The notes below the pieces were generated by a model. That model made no database searches, had not been told where the DNA came from, and saw only the letters and a list, made by a program, of their open reading frames with translations. DNA of 63,851 bases, counting the filler, from Deltaproteobacteria bacterium (GTDB lineage: Bacteria; CG2-30-53-67), in assembly GCA_013151235.1 (NCBI GenBank). It is 6 parts of 6 records of this genome, joined end to end, with 100 filler letters (N's around TTAATTAATTAA, not from the genome) between each part and the next. Parts side by side here need not be neighbours in the genome. Positions count along the whole stretch, not along the records: positions 28,559 to 41,914 come from JAADIO010000020.1; positions 42,015 to 51,847 come from JAADIO010000045.1; 4 more parts are not named here. One strand, given 5' to 3'. Shown here one piece after another: positions 34,656-44,806 of the stretch; within the stretch, counting starts at the first letter, position 1; the number at the start of each line of letters is the position of its first letter. The position numbers were made by a program, and so were the translations under genes.

Positions 34656-34755
34656 AGAATCTATTCTGCCATGATAAGGGAAAAATAAAAACCCCGGCAC
34701 ATCCAACACCGAGGTATGGTAGCTTAAAGCAGAGGGTTTTTCAATGGAAAAGCGT

Positions 34756-35658
34756 TCAATTCAGGATGTACTTTCTCGGATTGACCGGAACGCCGTTGAC
34801 GCGGACCTCATAGTGAAGATGCGGGCCCGTGCTTCGGCCGGTATTTCCCACGTAGCAGATTAGATCGCCCCGTTTGACCCGGTCGCCCCGTTTGACGACG
34901 ATCTTTGAATTGTGGCCGAAGCGGAGGGTAATTCCATGTCCGTTATTGATCTCCAGCAGTTTGCCGTAGCCGTAATCGCCCCGTTTGACCCGTGTGACGA
35001 TCCCGTTGCAGGGGGCGATGACGGGTGTTCCCGTATGTGTGGCGATATCCAGCCCCTCATGCATCTTGGGATAGCCGGTAAAAGGGTCGATCCGTTTCCC
35101 GAATCCGGAAGTGACCCACCCCCGGACAGGCCAGATCGACGGGGTTGAGGCAAGCAGGGTTTTCTGGTCGGAGAAAAAATCGATTAGTTCCTGATCACTG
35201 ATTTCCTGGCCGGCGGTGTTCTGTTGCAGCCGGTTCAGGTCCTGAACGATTTTCGTTGAGAGATCCGTCCGGTATGCCGGAGGGAGAGTGAGTCTTTCCG
35301 GTCCGCCGACGCCGCGAAGGGTGTCGCCGGCCGGGGTCTCTTCGAGGTCGGTCATGACCCGGAGTTTGTGATTGAAATTCCGGAGAGAATCGACCTCCCG
35401 GTTCAGCAGATCAAGGTTCCGGCTGAAGGCCTGCAGTTGAAAGCGCTGGACCGTATTTTCCTTTCGCAGGGAATTGAACTCGGTCAACTCGCCTTTCATC
35501 CGGACATAATCGGAGACGAAATAGACCATCACGATTCCGATGACGAGCAAAACTGCAACTGCTGCGCTGATCAACTGAACCGGGGCAAAGGCGGGGACCC
35601 GGATCTTTCGAACCTTTGCCGTCGGATCGGACATAATCATGATTGTATATTTTTTCAT
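34756..35658 (-). CDS. M23-family peptidase
   Basis: TM plus coiled coil plus HEGLD and [10 protein letters not shown]; start MKKYT. Confidence 0.9.
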   Translation of the reverse strand: MKKYTIMIMSDPTAKVRKIRVPAFAPVQLISAAVAVLLVIGIVMVYFVSDYVRMKGELTEFNSLRKENTVQRFQLQAFSRNLDLLNREVDSLRNFNHKLRVMTDLEETPAGDTLRGVGGPERLTLPPAYRTDLSTKIVQDLNRLQQNTAGQEISDQELIDFFSDQKTLLASTPSIWPVRGWVTSGFGKRIDPFTGYPKMHEGLDIATHTGTPVIAPCNGIVTRVKRGDYGYGKLLEINNGHGITLRFGHNSKIVVKRGDRVKRGDLICYVGNTGRSTGPHLHYEVRVNGVPVNPRKYILN

Positions 35659-35669
35659 ATTTTTTCTTT

Positions 35670-35773
35670 GATGAAGTCGTAAAAAGTCGTTTTCCGGACT
35701 CCGTTCATGGTTCGACAGGCTACCGAGCATGGTGAGCCGGTCGAAGGGCTTCGTGACTTTTTACGACACCATC
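35670..35773. mobile_element. modular REP-containing MITE, short full copy
   Basis: TIR GATGAAGTCGTAAAAAGTC ... GACTTTTTACGACACCATC, flanked by direct repeat TTCTTT. Confidence 0.85.
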
Positions 35774-36032
35774 TTCTTTACGTCCCTTGATTATCGTGCC
35801 GTCATTCCACGGGGTTGAGAGGGTTTACCATATCTCAAAGGGGGCTGTCAATTTTTTTCACCCCTTCCTGCTTGGCAGTTACACTCTCCGCCTCCTCCCC
35901 CCTCCCCGGAGTACGGGGCGGACAAAAGAAAAAGGGCATCGCCCATACTTCTATTATACGGGAGAAAGAAAAAAAATGTCAATGTGCAATAAGGTTTCCA
36001 CTTTTAGGCAGCGGAAGAAGAATCCCGGTCGT

Positions 36033-36692
36033 TCACGTCAGTTTCGTCCTCTCATCCAGGGGACATCCATCGCATCGGGGCTTGGGGGTGCAGTGAAGTT
36101 TTCCTACCCGGACGAAAAGGGCGTGGTATTCGTTGAACATCCGGACGTCATCGTCGAGGTGATCCATGAAGAGGGACTGGATCTCTTCGTAGGAACTTGT
36201 CTCGCCGCAGAGTCCGTGCCGGCTTAAGACCCGGTGAGTATAGGCGTCGACGACGAAGACAGGTCTTTTCGCTGCATAAAGGAGGATCGAATCGGCCGTT
36301 TCCGGGCCGATCCCGGGAACCGCAAGAAGTTCCCTCCGAAGCTCTTCCGTCTGCGTCCGGAACATCCTTGAAAGGTTTCCGTCGTACTCTCTCTGAAGAA
36401 AACGGCAGAAAGACCGAAGACGCTTCGTCTTGATATTGTAATAGCCTGAAGGACGGATCAGCTCGGCAAGCTTTCCGGGCGGGGTTTCTCGGAGGTTTTC
36501 ATATCTCAGAAGATCTGCTTTCCGCAGGTTTGTAATCGCCCGCTCCACGTTCTTCCAGTTGGTATTCTGCGTCAGGATGGCGCCCAAGATGACCTCGAAC
36601 CGGCTTTTTGCCGGCCACCAGTGCTGCGGGCCGTAGGCGGAAAAGAGTCTGTGGTAGATTTCATGCAGACGTGTGGCGGGATCAGGGGACAT
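36033..36692 (-). CDS. HhH-GPD endonuclease III-like glycosylase
   Basis: GPQHWWP, ILTQNTNW, PGIGPETAD, VVDAY, C..KPRC..CPL. Confidence 0.9.
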   Translation of the reverse strand: MSPDPATRLHEIYHRLFSAYGPQHWWPAKSRFEVILGAILTQNTNWKNVERAITNLRKADLLRYENLRETPPGKLAELIRPSGYYNIKTKRLRSFCRFLQREYDGNLSRMFRTQTEELRRELLAVPGIGPETADSILLYAAKRPVFVVDAYTHRVLSRHGLCGETSSYEEIQSLFMDHLDDDVRMFNEYHALFVRVGKLHCTPKPRCDGCPLDERTKLT

Positions 36693-37260
36693 AAGGAACA
36701 ATGTTGCTCTCCGGGGTTTCCTCGCCATGCAGGGGAAGGGGCGATCCCGCCGGTGTTTCGTACAGAAGCACGATCCCGCCCAGCGGAGATCGCCGGTGAT
36801 TCAAAATGGGTGTAATATGGAGGTCGAGGTGGATCTCCCCGCCGCTTTTTTTCGGAAAGGGAACCCTGCCCGCCCGGTGCGTTTCGCCCGGATCAAGGGC
36901 CTTTTCGATTTTTTCCATGCAGGGGTGCAGGAAGAGATCGATTTCTTTCCCAAGGATTTCATCTTCCACGATGTCAAGAAGGACCAAAGCACGCGGATTG
37001 GCGGTAACGACGATTCGTTTTGTATTAAAAACCACAATCCCGCAGGGAACCGTTTCGAGGAGGGTATGAAAGAGACTTGATTGCCCTTCGATGGTCTCTT
37101 GACTCAACTCCGCCTGAAGGCGCGCCAGGTCCTCTTTTCGACTGCCGGTGACAATCATCTCCCGGATCCGATATTCCAGGTCCGCCAGGCGCCGGTTCTT
37201 TTCGATGAGCATCCGGGTCTGGTCCTGGATAATGGTCTGCAGTTGTTCAGTCTTGCTCAT
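36682..37260 (-). CDS. coiled-coil plus PAS-domain protein
   Basis: LLETVPCGIVV....IVVTANP, EILGK, KKSG. Confidence 0.7.
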   Translation of the reverse strand: MSKTEQLQTIIQDQTRMLIEKNRRLADLEYRIREMIVTGSRKEDLARLQAELSQETIEGQSSLFHTLLETVPCGIVVFNTKRIVVTANPRALVLLDIVEDEILGKEIDLFLHPCMEKIEKALDPGETHRAGRVPFPKKSGGEIHLDLHITPILNHRRSPLGGIVLLYETPAGSPLPLHGEETPESNIVPYVP

Positions 37261-37342
37261 GGGGAATTCCTTTTGCCCTTTCATCCTCCATTGTAGGGTG
37301 AAGAGCCCCATTTTTGCAACCGGAATCTGTGATCGGATGCCT

Positions 37343-37669
37343 TCAGCCGGAACCGCCGGTCTCCGCATCGATCCAGGCCAGGTAGGGAGCCGAACCGTTC
37401 AGGATCGGTAGGGCAATGATCTCGGGCACTTCATAACTGTGCAGTTTCCGGACACGGGCCTCAATCCGCTCAAAGAGTTCCGCCCGGCTCTTCAGGATCA
37501 GGAGGACCTCCTCCGCTTCTTCTACCTTCCCGTTCCAGTGGAAAAGGGATTGCACACCGGGAAGGAGGTTGGCGCAGGCCGCAAGTCTCGTTTCCACCAG
37601 GTCCCGGGCCAGGGTGCGGGCCTCCTCTTTGGATGAGGCGGTAATGAGGATTACGATGGATGATTTCAA
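37343..37669 (-). CDS. cutA: divalent-cation tolerance protein CutA
   Basis: LVETRLAAC, SLFHW.G, LHSYEVPEI. Confidence 0.93.
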   Translation of the reverse strand: MKSSIVILITASSKEEARTLARDLVETRLAACANLLPGVQSLFHWNGKVEEAEEVLLILKSRAELFERIEARVRKLHSYEVPEIIALPILNGSAPYLAWIDAETGGSG

Positions 37670-38832
37670 AGCGTTCTCCCGGCCGCAGCCCGTGCGGTGT
37701 CCATGATCTCTTTTAAAGGAAGGCCTTTTTCCAGGGCAAGTTTTCGGCAGACATCGTATTCCGGCGCACGGTTGACGATGGCCCCGTCGAGGAGGCCGAT
37801 CTTGACGGGGATTTCTCCGTATCTTGTCTCCACATGGATCGTCCGGCGGTCGAGCTTTTCCCGGTACACCCGGCTGCGGCGAAGTCCGATGGCGGTGGTC
37901 TCCCGGAAAAGAAGCTGCTGCAGATGCTGTTCCCTTCCTTCGGGTGCCAGCAGACCGATCCGGACGGCGGGGCGGTTTTTTTTCATCTGGATGGGGGTGA
38001 AGAAGACGTCCAGCGCCCCTTCATCCAGCAGACGTTCCATGACATGCCCGAAGAGTTCCGGCGTCATGTCGTCGATATTGGTTTCGATCAGCCAGCAGGT
38101 GTCTGCGGTGTCTGCGGTCTCTTCCCCGATCATGATCCGGAGGCAGTTCGGACGGTCCGATGATTCCCGGCTTCCCAGGCCGTAACCGATGGAGCGGACC
38201 TTCATGCCGGGTTGTCCGCCGAAGCCGTCGGCCAGTCCGGTTAGCAGGGCGGCCCCCGTCGGTGTCGTCCACTCCCGGGCTTCTCCGTCGGCGTAAGTCG
38301 GTTTTCCCGTCAGGAGCAGGGCCGTCGCCGGAGCCGGGACGGGAAGGAGACCATGTTCCGTTTCCACGGTTCCGCTCCCCACGTTTACGGGCGAGGCGAC
38401 GATCCTCTCGATGCCCAACCGTTCCAGCCCGGCCACGGTTCCCACGATATCGACGATGGCATCGACGGCGCCTACTTCGTGAAAATGGACTTCCGACGGA
38501 TCGACACCGTGAATCCGGGCCTCCGCCTCCCCCAAAAGACGGAACACCCTGCCGCTCTTTTCTTTGACGGCCGGGGACAGGCTGCTCTGATGAATGAGGG
38601 CGAGGATCTCCTTCAGGTTCCGGCGCGGTTGATTTTCTCCGACCCGGACTTGAACATGAATGCCGGTGAGTCTCCCGCGTCGGGAGGACGCGGCATCAAT
38701 CCGGTAACCTTTTACGGGGAGTTTATCCAGTTCTTCAACAAGGGCTTCCGTGGGAAGACCGGCATGGAGGAGCGCACCTAAGGCCATGTTGCCGCTGATG
38801 CCGGCAAAGCAGTCAAAATAGGCGGTTTGCAA
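37666..38832 (-). CDS. larC: nickel pincer cofactor biosynthesis protein LarC (DUF111)
   Basis: YFDCFAGISGNM, VHFHEVGAVD, PAPAT, TPTGAA, ETNIDD, MKKNRP, PEYD. Confidence 0.92.
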   Translation of the reverse strand: MQTAYFDCFAGISGNMALGALLHAGLPTEALVEELDKLPVKGYRIDAASSRRGRLTGIHVQVRVGENQPRRNLKEILALIHQSSLSPAVKEKSGRVFRLLGEAEARIHGVDPSEVHFHEVGAVDAIVDIVGTVAGLERLGIERIVASPVNVGSGTVETEHGLLPVPAPATALLLTGKPTYADGEAREWTTPTGAALLTGLADGFGGQPGMKVRSIGYGLGSRESSDRPNCLRIMIGEETADTADTCWLIETNIDDMTPELFGHVMERLLDEGALDVFFTPIQMKKNRPAVRIGLLAPEGREQHLQQLLFRETTAIGLRRSRVYREKLDRRTIHVETRYGEIPVKIGLLDGAIVNRAPEYDVCRKLALEKGLPLKEIMDTARAAAGRTL

Positions 38833-39078
38833 GGCCGTTCTCCTTTCAGGGAATGGGAGTTGAATCTACCACAGGGACTATGCGGACTCAAGGGAAAAAG
38901 GTTCAGGATCATGCAGAGAAAATTTCTTGACTTGACTTTCTCTACCGGCTATCTTTCAAAAAGTTTCGGTGTCTTGACAATCCGCATTCCATGTCAAGGT
39001 TTTTTGTAAGGCACCTGGAGGAGAATTCTGCTTGGTCCCTGCGGAGGGGCGATCAGCAAAAGAGGAAGGGAGGCCGGC

Positions 39079-39282
39079 ATGTCGGAAGGTGTTGTGAAGT
39101 GGTTTAATCCGGTGAAAGGGTATGGGTTTATCACCCAGGAAGAGGGCAAGGATGTATTTGTCCACTATTCATCCATTGATGGTGAAGGATACAAGACCCT
39201 CGAGGAGGGGGAGCGTGTTGTCTTTGAAGTGTCGGAAGGTCCGAAGGGTCCGATGGCGGTGAATGTTTCCCCCCAGGCCTGA
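39079..39282 (+). CDS. cold-shock protein
   Basis: GVVKWFN..KGYGFI, DVFVHYS. Confidence 0.95.
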   Translation: MSEGVVKWFNPVKGYGFITQEEGKDVFVHYSSIDGEGYKTLEEGERVVFEVSEGPKGPMAVNVSPQA

Positions 39283-39308
39283 GAAAACGATTTACAATGA
39301 GAAACATG

Positions 39309-39337
39309 AAGCCCGGACAACCTGTCCGGGCTTTTTT
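39309..39337 (+). terminator. intrinsic terminator
   Basis: AAGCCCGGACA/TGTCCGGGCTT plus T run. Confidence 0.75.
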
Positions 39338-39374
39338 ATCTTTGAACGATTTACAACTGACTCNNNNNNNNNNG

Positions 39375-40739
39375 ATAACGTAAAATATTTTTCGCACATT
39401 CAAAAAGGACATGATAGCCTTCCATCTGGTTTATTTCAGTCCGCTAAAACAAAAACAACCAGAAGGAGGCCACCATGTCCAAGAAAGATTGTAGCGCAAA
39501 ATCGGGGAAATTGATAGAGATCGATGAAACGAAAGTCACGGCACATTTGAGCGAGATTGTCCGGGGGACCGTGGAGGAGACGCTGAACGGCTTATTGGAT
39601 GCAGAAGCGGAGAGATTATGTAACGCCAAGCGTTATGAACACACCGAGGCCCGCCAGGATACACGTGCGGGATCTTACCGTCGTACTCTCCATACCAAAG
39701 CCGGTGCAGTATCGTTAAAGATGCCGAAATTGAGGAAATTAACCTTCGAGACAGCCATCATTGAGCGCTATCGAAGACGAGAGTCATCGGTGGAAGAAGC
39801 GTTGATGGAGATGTATTTGGCAGGAGTATCCGTTCGGCGCGTCGAGGATATCACCGAGGCGTTGTGGGGCTCCCGTGTAAGTCCGGGTACGGTCTCTCAG
39901 CTCAACAAGAAGATATACAAGCGGATCGAAGCCTGGCGGACACGGCCGATCCAGGGGGAGCATGCCTATGTCTATCTCGACGGAATTTACTTGAAGCGGA
40001 GCTGGGGTGGGGAGGTCCGCAATGTAGCCGTCCTGGTCGCCATTGGCGTAGGCAAGGACGGCTACCGGGAGATTCTCGGTGTTGCAGAAGGGGCCAAAGA
40101 GGACAAGACCAGCTGGACAAATTTCTTAAGGCATTTGAAGCAGAGAGGCCTGTCAGGTGTACGACTTTTTATCTCTGACCGCTGTCTCGGCCTGGTGGAA
40201 TCGTTGGCGGAGGCCTACCCGGATGCACTGTGGCAGCGGTGTATTGTCCACTTTTACCGTAATGTGTTCTCGGTAGTTCCCAAGGGCAAGGTAAAAAAGG
40301 TTGCGGCCATGCTCAAAGCGATTCATGCCCAGGAGGACCGGGAGGAAGCTCTACGCAAAGCCGGGAGTGTAGTCACGAAGCTCACCAAGATGAAACTGGG
40401 CCGCGCCGCTTCGATGGTCCAGGAAAGAATTGAGGAAACCCTGTCATATTATCATTTTCCTGGGGAGCATTGGCGCCAGATCCGGACCAATAATCCCCTG
40501 GAACGAATCATGCGTGAGATTCGAAGGCGCACACGAGTCGTTGGTTGCTTCCCCGATGGACAATCAGCACTCATGCTGGTTGCGGCCCGACTCCGCCATA
40601 TTGCCGGTACCAAATGGGGAACCAGACGATATATGAAAATGGATCCACTCTTCAAACCGGAGACAATGGCTGCCACCGCCTAAGAAGGGATCCCAGATGG
40701 AGGGCTACAACTAAAAGTGCGAAAGATTCTTGACACTAC
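39375..40739 (+). mobile_element. IS256-family insertion sequence
   Basis: Imperfect IRs ATAACGTAAAATATTTTTCGCAC / GTGCGAAAGATTCTTGACACTAC. Confidence 0.85.
39475..40683 (+). CDS. IS256-family transposase
   Basis: EMYLAGVSVRRV, YVYLDG, ISD, WQRCIVHF.RN, IRTNN.LER. Confidence 0.95.
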   Translation: MSKKDCSAKSGKLIEIDETKVTAHLSEIVRGTVEETLNGLLDAEAERLCNAKRYEHTEARQDTRAGSYRRTLHTKAGAVSLKMPKLRKLTFETAIIERYRRRESSVEEALMEMYLAGVSVRRVEDITEALWGSRVSPGTVSQLNKKIYKRIEAWRTRPIQGEHAYVYLDGIYLKRSWGGEVRNVAVLVAIGVGKDGYREILGVAEGAKEDKTSWTNFLRHLKQRGLSGVRLFISDRCLGLVESLAEAYPDALWQRCIVHFYRNVFSVVPKGKVKKVAAMLKAIHAQEDREEALRKAGSVVTKLTKMKLGRAASMVQERIEETLSYYHFPGEHWRQIRTNNPLERIMREIRRRTRVVGCFPDGQSALMLVAARLRHIAGTKWGTRRYMKMDPLFKPETMAATA

Positions 40740-40832
40740 ATCTCGAAAAGTCTTCACTATCCTGCCCTATCCTGCCAATCAGAGCGGCGGGCGGCCTGAC
40801 GTAGTCGGGCGACTCGCGCATTCGCACCGCGG

Positions 40833-40924
40833 TGCGAACGACCTGCATCAGCAGCGGCGCCACCTAAGCTTTCCGCGTCAGCGCCGCCGCGCTTCCCGCC
40901 GTCTGCTGAATGCTTTTGTTCGGC
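40833..40924 (-). other. integron attC recombination site
   Basis: Minus strand GCCGAAC..GCATTCAGCAGACGGCG...CGCCGCTGCTGATGC..GTTCGCA: R''/R' boxes, paired arms with two extrahelical bases, 8 nt after the HNH stop. Confidence 0.7.
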
Positions 40925-40932
40925 CTTGCCGT

Positions 40933-41847
40933 TCATTTTTTCTTACGATGAATCTCATCATGGCAAACCGTACAAACAGTAATAAGGTTGTTTTCCGTGT
41001 TGTCGCCGCCCTTTGCATGGTGTTTTTTATGATGTAACTCCAAATGACGAGGATCAGATCTATTCCATTCTTCGTGCGACCAATTACAGACAGTACATTT
41101 GTACTTGTCCCTCCGAAGAACCTCTCTTTTAACCTGATCTGGAATATGTCTATCATGCTCAGGACTCTGGCGGTCAGCCTCAAGTAAATAAACACCTACT
41201 TCCAGATCAGGACGGCCGGTATTTTGAGTGACGACAGGCCAGCCATATTCAGTGCGCAACTCTCTAACCCTTCTTGCCCATTCCGACCTATCTTTTGCCA
41301 GGTATTTCAACTCCTCTCCTGTTACTTTTTGGCCGACGTTTTCCCTCAAATATTTTAAAATTTTGTCTCGGACGGAAATATTTTCTCTTCTGATTTCATT
41401 GGCAAGGTTCCACCGATGGGCCGCATCTCTATCTTGCTGTTGAGAAAGTAATATATAATCGGAAGGGCCCATTGACATTACATCAATATTTGGAAGAGGA
41501 AATTCGTTTTCTTCCGCCATTTGTCCAGCTGTCAGACCGCTTACAATTGACCACCCGAACTGTACTTTCAGTTCTCGAACCCTTCGGGCATATTCTTGGA
41601 TACCCGAAACGACAAGCAACTCATCGCCACTTATAATAATGGCTGGATATTTTAGAAAATAATGGAGGATTCGATCTCTGGCGCTTCTTGCTATGGTAGA
41701 TGGTATTAAAGATTTCCCCAGTTCTCGTAACTGTTGAAAACAAGGAACCAGAGAAAGGACTTTAGTTCGTAAACTGTCGGATTTTAATTCCAGTTCAAAG
41801 TTGGTTAATAAATTCTGTAATTCTTTTCTGATTTCTTCAGATTCCAT
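40933..41847 (-). CDS. HNH endonuclease (KpnI-like restriction endonuclease architecture)
   Basis: Two (Y/W)ARRVREL...GW repeats plus CxxC..LELHH...NL..VCxxCH; AT-rich. Confidence 0.8.
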   Translation of the reverse strand: MESEEIRKELQNLLTNFELELKSDSLRTKVLSLVPCFQQLRELGKSLIPSTIARSARDRILHYFLKYPAIIISGDELLVVSGIQEYARRVRELKVQFGWSIVSGLTAGQMAEENEFPLPNIDVMSMGPSDYILLSQQQDRDAAHRWNLANEIRRENISVRDKILKYLRENVGQKVTGEELKYLAKDRSEWARRVRELRTEYGWPVVTQNTGRPDLEVGVYLLEADRQSPEHDRHIPDQVKREVLRRDKYKCTVCNWSHEEWNRSDPRHLELHHKKHHAKGGDNTENNLITVCTVCHDEIHRKKK

Positions 41848-41914
41848 ATTCAGTTTTTTCTTATTAGCTTTCGAGAAACGAAAGAATTTTAATCTTTAGT
41901 TTATTCGTGTTGTT

Positions 41915-42014
41915 NNNNNNNNNNNNNNNNNNNNNNNNNNNNNNNNNNNNNNNNNNNNTTAATTAATTAANNNNNNNNNNNNNNNNNNNNNNNNNNNNNN
42001 NNNNNNNNNNNNNN
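41915..42014. other. artificial contig linker
   Basis: N run with TTAATTAATTAA. Confidence 0.99.
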
Positions 42015-42094
42015 GGATATAACAACTTCCCAATCCCACATCATTTAAGGTGGGGCAGGAGTACTTTTTTTTCTTGACAACTGTCAACCATATC
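42015..42094 (+). mobile_element. terminal segment of a second IS110/IS1111-like element (end B)
   Basis: GGATATA...GGGGCAGG..TTGACA-ACTGTCAACCAT-ATC, homologous to 1-77, joined to a REP/MITE half. Confidence 0.5.
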
Positions 42095-42133
42095 AGCCTG
42101 TCGAAGGGCTTCGTGACTTTTTACGAGACCATC
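42095..42133. repeat. right end of REP/MITE repeat
   Basis: AGCCTGTCGAAGGGCTTCGTGACTTTTTACGAGACCATC. Confidence 0.8.
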
Positions 42134-42137
42134 ATTT

Positions 42138-43208
42138 TTAAAGGATCAGCATCGCATCCCCATAGGAATAAAAACGGTACTTCTTTTCAATGGCCTCCCG
42201 GTAGGCCTCATCGACCCGCTCTTTCCCGGCAAAGGCCGATACCAGCACGAGGAGGGTGGAGCGGGGAAGATGAAAGTTGGTCATTAACCCGTCTATGGCC
42301 CGGAAACCGTACCCCGGCAGAATAAAGAGATCCGTCTTCGCCGTACCGGCGCGGACCTCTCCTTCCTCCCCGACGGCCGATTCCAGGGCTCGCGTCGTCG
42401 TCGTCCCGACGGCAATCACTCGCCGATTCTCTCTGCGCGCACGATGAATCATGCTCGCCGTTTCGTCACCGATGGTATACCATTCGGAATCCATCCGATG
42501 CGTCCGGATGTCCTCCACCTGGACCGGCTTGAAGGTCCCGTAGCCGACATGGAGGGTCACAAAAGCCGTCTCCATCCCCGCGTCCCGGAGACGGGCAAGG
42601 AGACGCTCCGTAAAGTGAAGCCCTGCCGTCGGGGCCGCCACGGCGCCCGGCCGTTTCGCATAGACCGTCTGATACCGATCCCGGTCCGCATCGGCATTGA
42701 CTCCGTCTCCATTTCGATGGATATAGGGCGGCAGCGGAACCGTTCCATACCGTTCCAGATAATCGAACAGAACGCGGGGGACCTCAAAACGGACAAGCCG
42801 TTTCCCTTCCCCGGAGATCTCTTCCACCACGCAGCTGCCCTCCCCCGGCAGGAGGATCCGGGTCCCTACCGAGACCTTCCCCCGAGTCAGAACCTCCCAA
42901 AGATTCTCTCCGAGATCCCGAAGGAGAAAGATCTCGATCCGCCCGCCCGTCTCCTTCTTTCCGATCAGGCGTGCCGGAAAGACCCGTGTATCATTCAGAA
43001 CCAACAGGTCCCCCCGCCGGAGAATTGCCGGAAGGTCAAAGACATTCCGGTGCGACACGCCGCCCCCGGACCGGTCGAGAACCATCAGACGGGCATGATC
43101 CCGCCTGGTCTTCGGCTCCTGTGCAATACGGTCTTCGTCAAGAAGATAATCATAACTGGACAATCGAAAATCGGACAAGAAGACCTCATTCAAGTAACGA
43201 GAAAACAT
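42138..43208 (-). CDS. queA: SAM:tRNA ribosyltransferase-isomerase
   Basis: IAQEP, NDTRVFPARL, PLPPYI, AAPTAGLHF, TNFHLP, SYGDAM; the true start may be TTG 43178. Confidence 0.97.
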   Translation of the reverse strand: MFSRYLNEVFLSDFRLSSYDYLLDEDRIAQEPKTRRDHARLMVLDRSGGGVSHRNVFDLPAILRRGDLLVLNDTRVFPARLIGKKETGGRIEIFLLRDLGENLWEVLTRGKVSVGTRILLPGEGSCVVEEISGEGKRLVRFEVPRVLFDYLERYGTVPLPPYIHRNGDGVNADADRDRYQTVYAKRPGAVAAPTAGLHFTERLLARLRDAGMETAFVTLHVGYGTFKPVQVEDIRTHRMDSEWYTIGDETASMIHRARRENRRVIAVGTTTTRALESAVGEEGEVRAGTAKTDLFILPGYGFRAIDGLMTNFHLPRSTLLVLVSAFAGKERVDEAYREAIEKKYRFYSYGDAMLIL

Positions 43209-43214
43209 GTTTCC

Positions 43215-43754
43215 TTATTTCCCGGGACGCAGCCGGTAGCGTTCCATCTCGCTGTAGATGCAGCCGCAATAGGGCTGGCGATACATCCCCAACTTCCGGG
43301 ACCGGTCGGCTCCCTCTTTCCATCCCGGACGAAAATCTTCGTAAATAAACGGGACCCCTGCCTTCTCCCCCGCCTCCTCAGCGATTTGCCGGATCAGGTC
43401 ATGCTTCTGATAAATACTGTAGAGAAGCGTCGTGGAAAAACCGTCAAAGTTTCCCGCACGGGCCTCCTCTGCCGCAGAGGCAAGCCTCATCCGGTAACAG
43501 TATCGACAACGGTCTTCTTCACGAAAAACCACTTCCCGGAGAAATTCCTTCAACTGATCATCCTCCCGCACCTTGAGGGGAAGGTCAATCGAATCGGCAT
43601 AATCAACGAGAGTAGCCAGCCGCTTCTTCCACTCCCGGTAGGGATGGATGTTGGGGTTAAAAAAATACCCGGTGACCTCCCGATCCGCCCGGCGGAGCCG
43701 GTCGAGGGGATAAACCGAACAGGGCCCGCAGCAGATATGAAGAAGAAGTTTCAA
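43215..43754 (-). CDS. queH: epoxyqueuosine reductase QueH (DUF208)
   Basis: [31 protein letters not shown]. Confidence 0.92.
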   Translation of the reverse strand: MKLLLHICCGPCSVYPLDRLRRADREVTGYFFNPNIHPYREWKKRLATLVDYADSIDLPLKVREDDQLKEFLREVVFREEDRCRYCYRMRLASAAEEARAGNFDGFSTTLLYSIYQKHDLIRQIAEEAGEKAGVPFIYEDFRPGWKEGADRSRKLGMYRQPYCGCIYSEMERYRLRPGK

Positions 43755-44794
43755 AACATTTCTCCCTGGGCAAGCCCGTCCTGACCGGTCCGGCCCGGAG
43801 GATAAGGGACCCCGAAATGTTCATAGGCAATCCGGGTGGCCACCCGTCCCCGGGGAGTGCGTGCCAGGTATCCGTGCTGAATCAGGTAGGGCTCAAAAAC
43901 ATCTTCAATCGTGTCGCGCTCCTCCCCGATGGCCGCCGAAAGGGTGGAAATCCCGACCGGCCCCCCGTCGAACTTCTCGATCAATGTCCGGATCAGTTTC
44001 TGGTCCATATGGTCCAGCCCCAGGGGGTCCACATCAAGCTGGAGCAGGGCCCGGTCGGCAATCGTCCGGGTGATGATCCCGTCCCCCTCCACCTCGGCAA
44101 AATCCCGGACCCGCCGCAGGAGACGATTGGCGATCCGCGGTGTTCCCCTGGACCGCCGGGCGATTTCATAGCCCCCCTCCTCTTCGACCTTCACGGAAAG
44201 AAGCCGGGCGGAACGAATAACGATTCTCGTCAGGTCCTCGACCCCGTAGAAGTTGAGCCGATCGACCACCCCGAACCGGTCCCGAAGGGGCGACGTCAGA
44301 AGCCCGGCCCGGGTCGTCGCCCCCACCAGGGTGAAACGGGGAAGATCGAGTTTGATCACCCGGGCCGACGGCCCTTCGCCCAACATGATATCAAGCTGGA
44401 AATCCTCCATGGCCGGGTAGAGGAGTTCCTCCACCGTCCGGTTCAGCCGGTGGATCTCATCAACGAAGAGGACGTCCCGATCCTTGAGATTGGTCAGGAC
44501 GGCCGCAAGATCCCCCGGACGTTCCAGGACCGGACCGGAAGTCGCCTTGATATTGACTCCCATCTCCGACGCAATAATATGAGAAAGAGTGGTTTTCCCC
44601 AACCCCGGAGGACCGTAAAGAAGGACATGATCCAGGGCCTCTCCCCGCCCCCGGGCCGCATCGACAAAAATCCGCAGATTCCTCTTCAGCTTCTCCTGCC
44701 CCACAAAATCCGTAAGAACGTTGGGCCGAAGACTCACATCAAGGGGAATCTCTTCCTCCTGCTTTTCCGGACTGATAATCCGATCTTCTTCCAT
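43751..44794 (-). CDS. ruvB: Holliday junction helicase RuvB
   Basis: [26 protein letters not shown]. Confidence 0.99.
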   Translation of the reverse strand: MEEDRIISPEKQEEEIPLDVSLRPNVLTDFVGQEKLKRNLRIFVDAARGRGEALDHVLLYGPPGLGKTTLSHIIASEMGVNIKATSGPVLERPGDLAAVLTNLKDRDVLFVDEIHRLNRTVEELLYPAMEDFQLDIMLGEGPSARVIKLDLPRFTLVGATTRAGLLTSPLRDRFGVVDRLNFYGVEDLTRIVIRSARLLSVKVEEEGGYEIARRSRGTPRIANRLLRRVRDFAEVEGDGIITRTIADRALLQLDVDPLGLDHMDQKLIRTLIEKFDGGPVGISTLSAAIGEERDTIEDVFEPYLIQHGYLARTPRGRVATRIAYEHFGVPYPPGRTGQDGLAQGEMF

Positions 44795-44806
44795 AGCTTA
44801 TGCCTT

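Noticed and set aside
35659-35730. Longer starts for the M23 gene (and for AsmA, SQR, yebC, secA, NSS in the ORF track)
   Set aside because: The extensions run through MITE or intergenic DNA; family N-termini and RBS positions support the shorter starts
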